From: Lama guanicoe
Taxonomy: Eukaryota
Reading direction: 5' to 3'
NCBI GenBank assembly: GCA_013239625.1
Contig: MU053472.1
Span: 2,391,822 to 2,455,821, forward strand
Length of the DNA: 64,000 nt
In this document: piece after piece, positions 1-12,060 of the stretch
Layout of the letters: each line of letters opens with the position of its first letter
How positions within the stretch are numbered: position 1 is the stretch's first letter
Position numbers and translations under genes: made by a program
The notes under the pieces: model-generated
What the model was told of the DNA's origin: nothing
What the model saw: only the letters and a program-made list of their open reading frames with translations
Databases searched by the model: none

Positions 1-59
1 CCACCCCACCCCACCCCCTCCAGCTTTTCTTCCTCGTATTCCCTTCTTCCTCAGCAAAT

Positions 60-900
60 TGAGACTTTGCGAGGCCGCGATGAGCCAGTCGACGCCGCTG
101 GGCCTGCAAGGCGGGTGGACGAAAGCACAAGGCACGCTTCGGGCGGGTTTCGCCCCCTCCCTGCGAAAGACAGACTTGCCGCCCTCAGGAAAACCCCAAC
201 AACGCTGACTGAGCTCCCGGTCCCAGGAGAAAAGGAAACCGAAATCCGTGAGCTAACACAGCGGAGCCCTGGCAGAGGAAGAAGGGTCTACCCTGTCCCT
301 CTTCCTCCCCACGCTGCCGCTACTCCCGGGCCTGCTGGCGGGCTGCGGCCGCTTCTTTACCTCTTCTGCCGTTCTGCTCTTATCTGCTTCCCGCGGACGA
401 ATTCCCGCCTCCCACCCCTCGACTCCCAACACCCAATCGCCCGGCGAGCTCAGGCAACCAATCACCGGCCAAGACCGGAAAACAAGTAACCAATGCCGGC
501 GCGAGGTCAGGGCGCGCGCGCTCCCCGGCACCCAGTGGAAGCCGCCGTAGTCAGAACGACCCAAGCTACGCTGCGGCACCGGAAGGTGAACACCTGGAGG
601 GTGAACGACTCCCGAAAGTCCTACGGAATTAAAGGAAAAGAGTCTTCTGCCTTGGATTTTTTTTTTTGGAAACTCGTGATTTAATCTGTGCCTCAGTTTC
701 CTTGGGAACTTGAAGTCTCATTTTTAAGGTCTGTAGACCAACGGAGAGGAAACTGTTAAGCCCCGCCGAGTTCTTCTCTCAGCATCCTTAGGACCACACA
801 ATTCAAATTACGAAACTTCAGGCCGCCCGGCCACGGAAAAGACCGAGGCGGGAATTAGCAGACTGCTGAGCCAAACTAGGCAGAAAGGTTCGATGACCGC
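60..900. promoter_or_regulatory. CpG-island promoter of BRIP1 with E2F sites and three CCAAT boxes
   Basis: High GC/CpG density. TTCCCGCG 388-395, TTCCCGCC 402-409, GGCGGGAA 847-854 (E2F-type). CCAAT at 433-437, 458-462, 490-494. Confidence 0.8.
180..405 (-). other. BRIP1: BRIP1 (FANCJ) non-coding exon 1 (5'UTR); the rest of the gene lies beyond the left edge
   Basis: Minus-strand blocks (GAATTCGTC...CCAGGGCTCCGCT...TCGGTTTCCTTT...GGAGCTCAG...GCGTTG) resemble the human BRIP1 5'UTR as recalled. Lies in a CpG island just downstream of INTS2, matching the conserved BRIP1-INTS2-MED13 order. TSS approximate. Confidence 0.7.
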
Positions 901-1949
901 TACAGAATCTTGTGATATCCCAGGCTTTCCCAGATGCCACATTCAACCAGAGAAACGCTCACCCGGTCTCCAGCACCAGATCATTATTACCTCTATTAAG
1001 GCTTATCAGCCTTCTATCCTTCCCAAAGCCAATTTATTCTTTGCCAAGAAATACTTAAGTTTCCTCAAACGTAGGGGGTTAATCATGATTTCACCAAATT
1101 GTTATTTTAAAACAAAACAAAACAAAACTCTAGCCTAAGCTTGGCTCAAATACTAGTGTCCAAAAAAGCAAAACCTAAGACAGTTTATAAAATTCCCAGA
1201 AATTATTTTGGGGGGAGAGGTTTGCTGCAGGAGGGGGCAGCAAAAGGCGAGTTGATCTGTTTGCCTCACTTTCAATTTTAACATATCTTCCCCAAATGAC
1301 AAAACTTAAGTCATAAAAATAAATTCTACCCTTTAATTTAGTAATCTCAGGCTCAGAAATTCATCCTAAAGAAGTAATCCAAAAGAAAAGATAATACCTC
1401 AGTTGTTACCAGTGACTATCCTAATGTCAAGGAAAAAAATCATAAACTTCCCAGTCTAGTAGTAATAGGGAGATGGTTATATCAATTCATTGTGAATTAT
1501 AGAAACTAATTAACTTGAAAAAACTCCGTACTAAATTAAATGAAAAAAAGCAGACTCCAAACTGGGTATTATGAATTCCATTATGTGAAAATACATATGC
1601 ATAAGCAAGGATGAAGGGAAAGTACAAAAAAATGTTCATTTACCATTAAGATAGTGCAATAAAGGATAGTGTATTAAAAAATAAAACCCTTAAAAATACC
1701 TTCAAATTATTATCTTGCTTTTACAAATTTTTTAAATATCAGAATCTTCTAAGTAACTGCTCCAGGGTAAGTACCCTGAATTTTGTCCCCTAAATTCCTA
1801 AGGCTCTCAATTGACTCTTACCTTGTATTGCCATTTGATGTATGTGACATAACAGAAAGGGATACAAACAGACAGTCCTGGATTCCAGTCCCTTGAACTG
1901 TTCCTTTCATGTTAACAGCAGTGAAATGAAACACAAAAAAACTACAAGC

Positions 1950-3844
1950 TCATTTGATAAAGAATATGAATGTTTATAAACCAATATTCAAAATAGCTGC
2001 ACACATCTTTTTTTCACTTGAATAAAAAAAATCACATTGTGACAAATTTTATAACCTTAACTTAAAATACATGAATATTAACATTTACTAATATATTTAC
2101 ACATTTTATTTACATCATCAACAAATCTGATGAAAAACAGCATATGTTATTATTTTAACACAGCAGGTTTTGACCAGTCTTTGGAAATTGATCCAGGAAT
2201 GTGCACTGCATTTAGTTAGAAAACATATTTCAACCTTTCTGAACTCCTAGAGGTTACCTACTCACATAAAATATTCCAAAGCCTCAGTTTAAAACAAAAC
2301 AAAACAAAACAGGAGCAGTTGTATTTAATCTCAAGAGACTACAAAACTGCCTTGTTTAAAAGTATGAAAATTCTTATGGTTTGTCTTTAAGTGTATGCTT
2401 TTATTTTTTGCATCAAAGTTACTTAATTGAACTTTAAGCATTTAATAGAAGTTATAAATACTCTGTCGCCTATGGTACTGTGTACTTCATGATTTGAAAC
2501 AGCTACAAATTAGTTCTTATACCCTTATGAGGTAGGGCCAGTAGTAATCCCATTTTACAAAGGAGGAGAATGAGATGTGACTATTTGCTAGTGAAAAGGC
2601 TGAAAGTAAATGTGTTCGCTTAAAAACCACACATTCTTATTAGCTTGCCAAATTTCTTTTACAAGTGAAGAGGTGTGTTTCAAGAGAAGAGGGCAGTGGG
2701 GTGGGAGGGTTCATTCAGGTGTATTTCAGAAAGCAAAGACAAGTACCTTCTACACTGGATACTTCTTTAAGGGAAAAAAAATGAGGATTACAGTTTATCT
2801 GAATGTGTCTGCCTAATCAATGGGAATTATCAACAGAGGACTGCAAAATCCTTCAGCAACATGGTATTTCCCCCTTTTTAATTTTTCCTGAGGTCCAAAC
2901 ACTATATATATATTTTCTAACTTCAAAATCTTCTAAAATTATGATCTGAATTATAATCCTGATGACAAACCAAGAGCTCTTTAATCCAGTGGGTTTTATT
3001 GCTCTAAACGTTATTTAGATACCAATGTATTTCCCCCCTCTGACCATTATAAAAATAATCTTTAAAAAAACTAAATGAGATCTCCTTTCAGGTTCTCTGC
3101 ACAAAGATGTTTCTGTAAACACTTTTAAACCAGTATCTTAAAATTCCAAATTATTCAAGTATCTCTTTAAACATATGGCTTCATATATTGTAAAAACTGA
3201 AGCAAATATGTAAAAATCTTAAAATCCTCATCTGTAATTCCACGGAAATCATCTACAAAAAGCTATTTGCCTTTGTTAAAGCCTTCCCAATACTGTTTGA
3301 GAACTGGAATTCCATCTTGCATTACTATTACTTGCACCGTAAGTTTTGGAGATTTCTATTTGGATATTTAAACTCCTTATCTTTTCTGAATTCTCCCTTT
3401 CGTTTTTTCTCCCTCTCATTATTTCAGCATTGTATTCTGTTACTAACTGACAGTTAAACACTAGGCCTACCCACAGACTCATTTTTATAAGAAATTAAAT
3501 TAAAGGCATGGCAATTTTTCTTCACTTCAAAAGCTTGATGCAAGGCCAAATTCACTTTTCAGTAATAAGTTTCTTAAATGTGCTCCCAACAGGAAGAAAA
3601 AAAGAAAGCTCAGCTGCTACAATAAACATACCAGCAAAGTAGATCCAAAGAAATGCCAATCAAATACAAGCAAGCATAATTCTCAAGAGAGTTCTAAATT
3701 GTATTCATGTTGAACTGAATCGCTTTAGTGATTCCAAGACATGACTGTTCCCAATCAGTTTAGCTGTTACAAAATGCAGATTAATTTTGGGTATATGCAG
3801 GAAACCGCTTCATTTTTTTTGTTGTTTTGAGTTTCGATTCTTCT
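1950..3844 (-). other. INTS2: INTS2 3'UTR (~1.9 kb; end inferred)
   Basis: Follows the TAA stop at 3845-3847. Minus-strand AATAAA at 2105-2110, 2400-2405 and 2995-3000. TATAAA at 1973-1978 is followed by a U/GU-rich tract (~1921-1941). Confidence 0.6.
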
Positions 3845-4014
3845 TTAAATTCCACTAACACTCATGTTTATTATTTCAATGATTGTGCTTTCAATACAAT
3901 GACAGAGCTGTACATCAGGATCCATGCTTCCAGTGTCCCTCGATCCATTTTTATAAGATGGATCTTTACAGATTCCAGACCATCCACTTGGTTTCTCCTT
4001 TATTTGTTGAAGAC
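3845..4014 (-). CDS. INTS2: INTS2 exon 25 (last coding exon): (R)LQQIKEKPSGWSGICKD...NMSVSGI*
   Basis: AG acceptor 4015-4016; stop TAA 3845-3847; phase fits. Confidence 0.95.
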
Positions 4015-4121
4015 CTTAAAACATAAGGAAAAATAAATTAATTAAGGCAAGCAATCTGGAAAGGATTTTGGTCTTCCTATCTCAGATATAAAAACAACTC
4101 CTGAAATAAGTTACTACTTAC

Positions 4122-4298
4122 GTGTGATAATTGGATCAATGTCTCTTGTCTGGGTGGCAACATCAGAGGCACAGACTTGCCCTATTTGGATCAGCAAAGA
4201 CATAATATCCTCATAAAGTGGTGGAAATGCTCGACAAAAAGAGACCAAACTTGGCAAAGTTGGCATGAAAAAAGCATATCGCTTAGCCTGTGTTAAAA
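4122..4298 (-). CDS. INTS2: INTS2 exon 24: (V)LTQAKRYAFF...DPIIT(R)
   Basis: cag acceptor, C|gtaagt donor; peptide in ORF track. Confidence 0.95.
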
Positions 4299-4489
4299 CT
4301 GTTGGAAAGAAATGAAACAGAAGTGCTGATTTTACAGCTATAAATTCAACAAAAATGGCCAATAAAATATAGCAAGCACCAATGTCTGTGCTGAGGACAT
4401 GAAACTTAGCAGCTTCCTAAGACACAGTCGGCCCTTGCCTTCAGAGAGCTCCCAACCTAGTAGTCAGTTATCACCCAACATATAAACAC

Positions 4490-4700
4490 TTACGTCCAAG
4501 CACTGTGACAAGTGCATTACATGCATTACTTCATTCAGTTCTCACAACTTTATGAATGAAAAAAGTACTTATATGATACCTATTTTGTATATGAGAAAAC
4601 CCTTAAATAAACCTTAGAGAGATTAAGAAGCTTGTTCAAGGCCACATAGCCAGTTAGTGGTGGAGCTGGGATAGAAATCAGGCAGTTTGGGTTTTTAACC
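4490..4700 (-). mobile_element. MIR SINE
   Basis: Reverse MIR core: CAAGGCCACATAGCCAGTTAGTGGTGGAGCTGGG. Confidence 0.75.
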
Positions 4701-5311
4701 ACTAAAAATTACAAAGAATTATAACATGAATTGAATACAATGGAAAGAAAAATGAATAGGTTATTATGAGAGCACTGAGAGAGAATATGAAATTGACTAA
4801 GCCATAAATTTGAAAGACTGAATTATAGCTCATCTCTTCTAAAGTAGTTTATTTTCATACCATTTTACTTAACAGCCTAGAAGATGGTCAGAATGTTATG
4901 GTATGTTTTAGAACTTAAGGAAACAACTAATACATTTATCTCTTATTTATACATATAAATTAGATTTTTCTGGAACTCCAAGCATTTGTAATAAATTGTA
5001 ACTTGTTTTCTATTGACATAATTACATTCAAAAAGTAGCTCTGATTTCCATTTATAAAATGTGGGAAGCTTAGTGTATTTACCATAAATCTGTACACAGT
5101 CGTTCACAAAGTGTAAGCTACAACTTGCCTACCTGTTCATCTCCTCTACACTACACATCACATTTGTAATACGAAAATTTTCAAAAGAATAATTCAAAAG
5201 ATGGCATCAATTAAACCACTAGCGACACAGAAAACATGGTGTCATTAATTCAGAAAAAAACACGTACCACTTTATGTTAGAAATTTTTGTTACTGATGGT
5301 TGGCTACACAC

Positions 5312-5417
5312 CTGTTAGCAAAGTTCCCATGACATTGACAGCTAAGCGAGCCACACTGAGTGACTTTGGTAATGCATACTGGATACATAAATGAGAAAGC
5401 AGCTGGATAGCAAATAT
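5312..5417 (-). CDS. INTS2: INTS2 exon 23: IFAIQLLSH...GTLLT
   Basis: cag acceptor, CAG|gtgtgt donor; phase fits. Confidence 0.95.
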
Positions 5418-5550
5418 CTGCAATACAGAATCCAAATATTACATGTTTCTGAAGAATATCTTTAAGTGTTAAAAATTATAAAACGTTTTATATAATGAGC
5501 AAGACTAGAGGGAGATCAAAATTTTCCTGAAGTTCCAAAATGCTCATTAC

Positions 5551-5658
5551 CTGTTTTTCAAGTTCTGGTTGTGCAATAAGTTCAGGTATGAAATCCAGAC
5601 AGATGTGCATAGATGGAATTCCCGCGACCGTCAGAGGTAAAAGTTCACATGGATAACC
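5551..5658 (-). CDS. INTS2: INTS2 exon 22: GYPCELLP...PELEKQ
   Basis: tag acceptor, CAG|gtaatg donor. Confidence 0.95.
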
Positions 5659-6029
5659 CTATCTCAACAAGAAAGGGGGGAAAGTTAGAAATAAAATAAC
5701 TATAAGTCAAATATAGATAAAAATATAACGGCAGGTTTCATTTCCTTTATGTAAAAACTGCTCAGAAGATTACAATGCCCTACGTGTATGCAGGCATTTC
5801 ACCTCTCTGCTGCACTAAAATAGAGATAAATTATATGAACACTTTATTAGGATGAAAAAAATATTTTTTTAATCTGGACTTAAAAAAAAATCTGGATTTT
5901 TCTCCATATTGCAAAGGACATGTTTGTTTCCATGATCTCCAGTTTCTAAATGATTCCCACTAATTTAGGACTCAAAACCACCTCCCAAAATAAAGTTCAA
6001 CCATAAAGCATCATCCTTTGAAGCCAGAC

Positions 6030-6281
6030 CTGAAAGTGAACAAGCTTAGCAATGTTGGGATCCGCAATGTACATTTGGTGCAACAGACAACAGATAAGGC
6101 ACTGGACTTCTCGAAGGTTACAGAGCAAGTTGTCTTCTTCTTCCTCCATTCCCTTATTTGGAGTGCTGGCAGTAATAACACTTGGAACATTCCTTATCAA
6201 GCTGTCTGGATTGACACTCCTTGCCTTCTCTTCTTCAGTAGGTAAGCAAATCTCCAAAAGAATCTGGACAGCTGCACTATC
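6030..6281 (-). CDS. INTS2: INTS2 exon 21: DSAAVQILLEIC...LVHFQ
   Basis: tag acceptor, CAG|gtctgg donor; peptide in ORF track. Confidence 0.95.
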
Positions 6282-7044
6282 CTACAAGCAAAGGAACCAC
6301 AGTGAATTTAAGACGTTTCTGAGAAGTTTGTTTGAAAACCAAATCTGATTTTGTTTTCACATGAACAGATGTGATAAAAAAAAATCACTTTCCAAAAAAA
6401 AACAAAAACAAAAAACAAAGACGCACTTCCTAGAGCAAATGGGTACAATCTAAATGGCAGTGATTCTCACCTTTTTTAGGGCCATGAACCCTTTTAAGAA
6501 TCTGAAGAAAAGTGTACCCCCTCTCAGTATAAAAATTAACATACGTAAACATATTGCATAATTTCAGGGTGGTCACATCTCTCTAACGCAGATCCATGGA
6601 CCCACTGTAAGAACACCTACTAAAATAGTATTCTGATCCAGAACAGGCCCAAGACAAAAACTGACTTCTAACCAGCATCTCCTTTCCTTCCTCTTAAATT
6701 CCTACTTCCCTCAGGATCCTATCTCGTATTCGCCTCTTTTTCTCATCTCTGAAGATGGTGGTTGATAGATAATGCCTAAAAGTCACTCCCCGAAGCTCCT
6801 TTCCCTTTTAATTTGAAGGTGGGCTTTTTAAGGCTCTGGTTTGGCAAGGAAAGATTCTGCCCTACCAGCCATTCCACCTGCACAACTCGTTGCTCAGTCT
6901 ACAAGCTTGAGTGTCATTTCATGAAAAAGTAGTTTCTTGAGGGGTGATCTACTTGAAACTTTACTCTATAATCATCATTATTCTTGAGTTGAGGGGTTTG
7001 GGGTCTGGGGTTGTTAATTATCTTCTGTTGTTTTTGTTTGTAAA

Positions 7045-7270
7045 CTCTGGAGCCAGACTGCCTAGTGTTGAATCCTACTTTCACCATTTACGAAATGTAT
7101 AACCTTCAGCAAGTCACTTAACCTCTCTGGGTCTCATTTTCCTAATCTGTAAAAATGGAGAAAATACTCTTATACTCATAGATTGGTTATAAGTATTAAG
7201 TGAGTTAATACACATAAAGAATTTAAAATAGCACCCAGCATACAATCAGCATTATATAAATGGTAGTTAC
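7045..7270 (+). mobile_element. MIR SINE
   Basis: CTCTGGAGCCAGACTGCC...CAAGTCACTTAACCTCTCTG...CTGTAAAAATGG core. Confidence 0.8.
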
Positions 7271-7602
7271 TACCATCCTCAATCCCTTAACTGAAATTCT
7301 GAGGGTCAGATTTGTTTTAGAAGTCAGAATTGTTTTTCTGTAATATTATCTAATACCTCCAGGAGAGACTAGGGTAGCACACTGTAATCAAACATCATAA
7401 TATTTCTGCAGCAAAACATACCAATATTCACATTAAGTGGGATAAAGGCCATAAATAGTTTCACATCAATTCAGGTCAAGTTTTGCCACAAATGAGGTCA
7501 CACCAGGTCAGGTTTTTCTGCCAACTGAATTACCAAAAAGGACGCTTCGGTTCTCATAGCTTTCTGGACTTCTGTATTACAGATAAGGGATTGTGGACAT
7601 AT
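7271..7602. mobile_element. Tigger-family MITE (MER46C-like)
   Basis: Imperfect TIRs CAATCCCTTAACTGAAATT / ATTACAGATAAGGGATTGTGGAC. Confidence 0.55.
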
Positions 7603-8163
7603 ATTATTACTCTAATTCTCTTTATTGCCAGCAAAAAGATTTCAGAAAATGTATTTCCAACTAAGAAAACATTTCTACTTTGAAGACCTCAAATTGTTTA
7701 ACATTCAGTCATCGCACATGTTTTGCAGTAGTCAAAAATGACTATCTAAGGCTTCGGTAAATTCTACATTGTTATAAAACTTTTCTAAATATCAATTTGA
7801 ACCTGCTGACATTGTCATAGTATTTACCACTGCCTGGCATTTAGTTTTATATATACTTCTCCTTGTTTATCTGTCTCCACCATTTGATTTTTTTCCACCA
7901 TTTGATTTTAAGAAAAAACTCTGAAATTTGGTTAAAATGTCAATCTCATTTAGATGGCCATTAAATTAATACCATGAAGATTATTCCTGATTTTAATAAT
8001 GTAAACCATCTGATATTCAGAGGCAAAGCCAACATCACTAGAATATATGTTCTGTAATAAAAGGAATGTACAATATGTCACCACTGTATATAGACGACAT
8101 AATATGCCATCTATTTAATTGGTTATATTAGCAGGGAAGCCTCTGCCCTTATTTAGTTTTTAC

Positions 8164-8362
8164 CTGAGCAGCCAGCAAGGCATTTTTCAATTCTTCTCTG
8201 GTAACTTCTGGGCCATCAGCTTGTCCAACTAAACCTATTGTATTATTCTGAGAAGGCCTGTCTTGCTCTGCAGTTTCCTTCAGATGCGCACTAAGGTAGG
8301 CTTTGGATGCAAGAAGATACCCATTCAACATATGTAGAGTAATATCCATCAGTGGGGGGCAT
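8164..8362 (-). CDS. INTS2: INTS2 exon 20: (R)CPPLMDIT...LLAAQ
   Basis: tag acceptor, CAG|gtaaaa donor; peptide in ORF track. Confidence 0.95.
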
Positions 8363-9990
8363 CTAAACACAGAAAGAAGAAAAGGAAAATACATGAGAAA
8401 GAATATAAATTTATAAATTTACCAGAACATGATCAATCAGTTTAAATAATTAGAAAAAACTGAACGGTACCTGAAAACCTGAAAACAGTAGAAAAGTAAC
8501 ACTTTTCCTACTGAAACATGCATTCACAAAATCAAAGTTTAATATACATATGTAATTCTCTTTAAGGTTGTATAAATAGTATTATCTATTTCATCTTATC
8601 AGCTAAAGTCAAATATAATGAATGCCCAAGAGAAAAGGCATTCCTTTTTACCAAAATATGGCACTGCCAATAAATCTCTTCAAAATAGCTGTCTGCAAAG
8701 AAAAAATCATCTATTATTGATTAGATGAAAGAGACTAGAATAGCATATTTATTCTTTCTACTCCTCTTTTTTCTTTGGAACAAGACAACTCTGTATTTCA
8801 AGAGCACTTCATCCACTTGAACTGGTAAGTTATTTACTGAGCCTTAGTTTCCTCAACTATAAAATGAACATAGCTATTCATTCCTCAAAAATTATCATAA
8901 ATTAAATTTAAATGAGATAAGAATAGATATAAGAATTAAATATCAAAAAGGAAACAAAAAAAGGTAATTTGGGAACCACCAAAATTTTAAAACCCAAGCC
9001 CTTAGAAAAACGTGACAATGCCACTTCTCAGCCTCTAACAGACTGACCATAAACAGGCACTACAGCTTTGTTTTTAACTTGAGACACTGGAAACAGCTTA
9101 AATGTCCATCAATACGGCAACTGTTTTTCTGCAATGTCCAAATTTTCTATAATAAGTGTGCAAGTATTAATTGTGAAAAAATGTTAATGGTTAAATAAAC
9201 CATTGCAATGTTTCCCCAAATGGGAGGTAAGAATCACCTGGAATATTTATTCTGAAAAAGAAAAAAAGTCCTAAGCTCCACCAGACATTCTTAATTAGAG
9301 TTTCTGGAGGACAGGTCTGTATATATGGAATACTAATCTATAGATGGAATACTATGCAACAGTTAAAACAATGAGATGGAACTATGCATACTAATATGGA
9401 AAACCTGTTGAGAGCATTAAGTTTTTTAAGAAGTACAAAATAAAACCTATAGTAAAATACCACTTACAGTTTTTAAACGACCCAAAACAAAAAAAAAGTA
9501 AGTATTTCTATTTCTAAATTTGTAAATACATAGAAAGTAAAACTACATACACACAAGATTATGACAATAAAGTTTCCTGTAGAGATGGAACTGGGATTGA
9601 TTAAAAGTAGCCAAAGAGGAGTTTTGCTTTAACAGTGGCAGCGTGGTAGATATGAGAGAACAAGGCTTTTCACTGTATACCTTCATCCTGTTTGTGCACT
9701 TATCAACGTATATTATGAAACCTTTCATGCATACATAAGAGGGAACATTATAATGAACCTCTAAGAACTCATCACACACAGCTGTCTACACGTAGCTAGT
9801 CTCATTTCATCTACAGCCTCACCCACTGCCCCATCACCACCGTGGGTTAGTTCAAGCAAATCCAAAATGTCACATCTTTTTATATTGTTTGATGTTTTTA
9901 AAAACCATTGGAATGATCACCTGGAAGAAATTAAATTTTAAAAAGTGAACAAAGTTAAAAGGCAAAATGAACAATAAAAGAAAAAAACTG

Positions 9991-10028
<38 letters not shown>

Positions 10029-10034
10029 GTATAC
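9991..10034. repeat. Compound (CT)10(AT)6 microsatellite
   Basis: Directly visible. Confidence 0.9.
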
Positions 10035-11934
10035 AAAGTGCTGATATCCTTTATAGATAAAGAGCTCTTCAAATCAAAAAAGGTAAGCATTCCAATGGAA
10101 AACTAGGCTAAAAATATAAAGAAGAAATACTAATAGCCAATAAGCAGATTAAAATATTCAATCTAACCAAAAAAAATTAAAATGGGAATTGACTTTTCGC
10201 TTATCAAATTGGAAAATTCTATATAAAATAGTGTAGGGAAGTGCACAATATCGAACACTACTATGGGAATGTAAACAGGTTCAGCCTTTCTGGATGGCAG
10301 AGTGAAAACAATGAATCAAAAGACTTGAAAATGAGTATGTTCCTTCTGCCTCGATAATCACATTTTTAAGAATCTGTTCTAAGGAAATAGTACACAGAAC
10401 CATGACCACAGCACTATCAATAACAAAAAATGGAAGTAAAATATCCAACAATATGGGATTGAGTTAAGCATAGTTAATCTATGTGGAATACTATGTAGCC
10501 AATTACTATAAGAATATCTATTAACATGAGAAAAGGTTCACAAGTTGTTAAGTGAAAGATCCAGGCTACAAAAACATTTCATACATCATGAAAGCATAAT
10601 TTAACAACTTCCTGAACAACTGGAGGTGATTTAGGTGAAAGGTTACCTACTTACGTGGATTTTTAACACTGATAAATTGTTCTAGAAGTGGCTTTTCTCT
10701 AGAAGTATTATTTACTGTTGTTTTCCTTTTATTAAATAGACACTTAATGTCATTTACACTGTTTATTCTTCTTCTGATTCCTATTTCCTCTGAGACTTCA
10801 ATCTCACCAAATCTTATTTGGTGATTCTGCAGGTTTTGTCATTTCAAGAATCTCATCCCCAGGGTTAAAGACAGATGAGTATATCAGAGTGTATCCTACC
10901 TAGTTAGTCTTCTCCACTCCAGTTTCTTTTCCCTCTAAACCATCTGTCATGAAGCATCTCTTCTTGAGTTACCACCTAAATGACCTCCTCAGCCTAACAT
11001 TCAAGGCCCTCCATAGTCTGACTCCAACCTAATATTCCAAATCTAATGTTCTCAAAACCTTTGCCCTCCACTCCAAGCCTTTTTCATTCTTGCTTCTACA
11101 CTTTTGCTCACACTATTCTTCTTCATACAATACCTTCTTTGACCCCCTACTCCCATCACTATAGTATCTATCTATTCATCTAAATCCTATTTCTACCCTT
11201 AAAATACGACACAGGTCTCACTTCCTCCTGAAACTTTTAACAGCATATGATTATTTACTACACCATCATATATATAACATATACACCTGCATATAACCAC
11301 ATTACCTGACTTTCCATGTATTTGTCTTCTTTCCCCATAAAGATGATCATCACTTTAAAGACAGACCCCTTGAGTTGTATACTTTTGTTATTATTTAGCT
11401 TAGCAACTAGAAATTCAAATATGCATGATGTCAATTAATTCTGCCTCTTGAGGTGAAGCTACTTCAAGGCAACTGATTAAGTTCAGCAACTGGCAAGGAA
11501 TTACAGACAAATGTGGAATCAATGAAGCTAACATCGCAATCAAGGAAGCCACAAAGGTCACAGTTTTAATGCCCGTCATGGTTCACAATACCAATTTTTT
11601 GGAAAGCCTCTTCTGACAATGTTAGCAGAAATAGTATTATTCTTTACTATCTTGACTTTGAAAGGACAGCCACTATTGGGGGTTGCCAAAACCAATAATG
11701 ACATTTTGCCAAGGCTAGGTTTTATTAATCACATTTTAAATATAAAACTGAATATATAATTCATGAATACAGACAACCAAAACAAACAAACAGAAAAACG
11801 CTTCACAGGTTATACTGCCAAGTTCTCTACAAGAACACTAAAATATAATTTTATACTGAATTTCTGCAATGTCCTTTGACTCTCCAAAGCATAACTCTAA
11901 GAAATAATAAAAATGAAACTCAAATGACACATAC

Positions 11935-12060
11935 CTGTGTACCCTCTGATCACATCTCAGCACAATGAGAGGATCTATCATCAGGTCATTCTGAGTATAC
12001 TTTTGCTGTCGTACAAACTTTATTGAGGGCTGAAGTGCATTAACTGTCATTACCCACAGC
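11935..12060 (-). CDS. INTS2: INTS2 exon 19: (R)LWVMTVNAL...DQRVH(R)
   Basis: cag acceptor, CAG|gtatgt donor. Confidence 0.95.

Noticed and set aside
67..684. ORFs of 63-140 aa in the BRIP1 CpG island
   Set aside because: Pro/Arg/Gly-rich chance ORFs in GC-rich promoter DNA with no recognisable homology
7876..7909. 16-bp direct repeat TCCACCATTTGATTTT
   Set aside because: Simple local duplication; two copies only, no array
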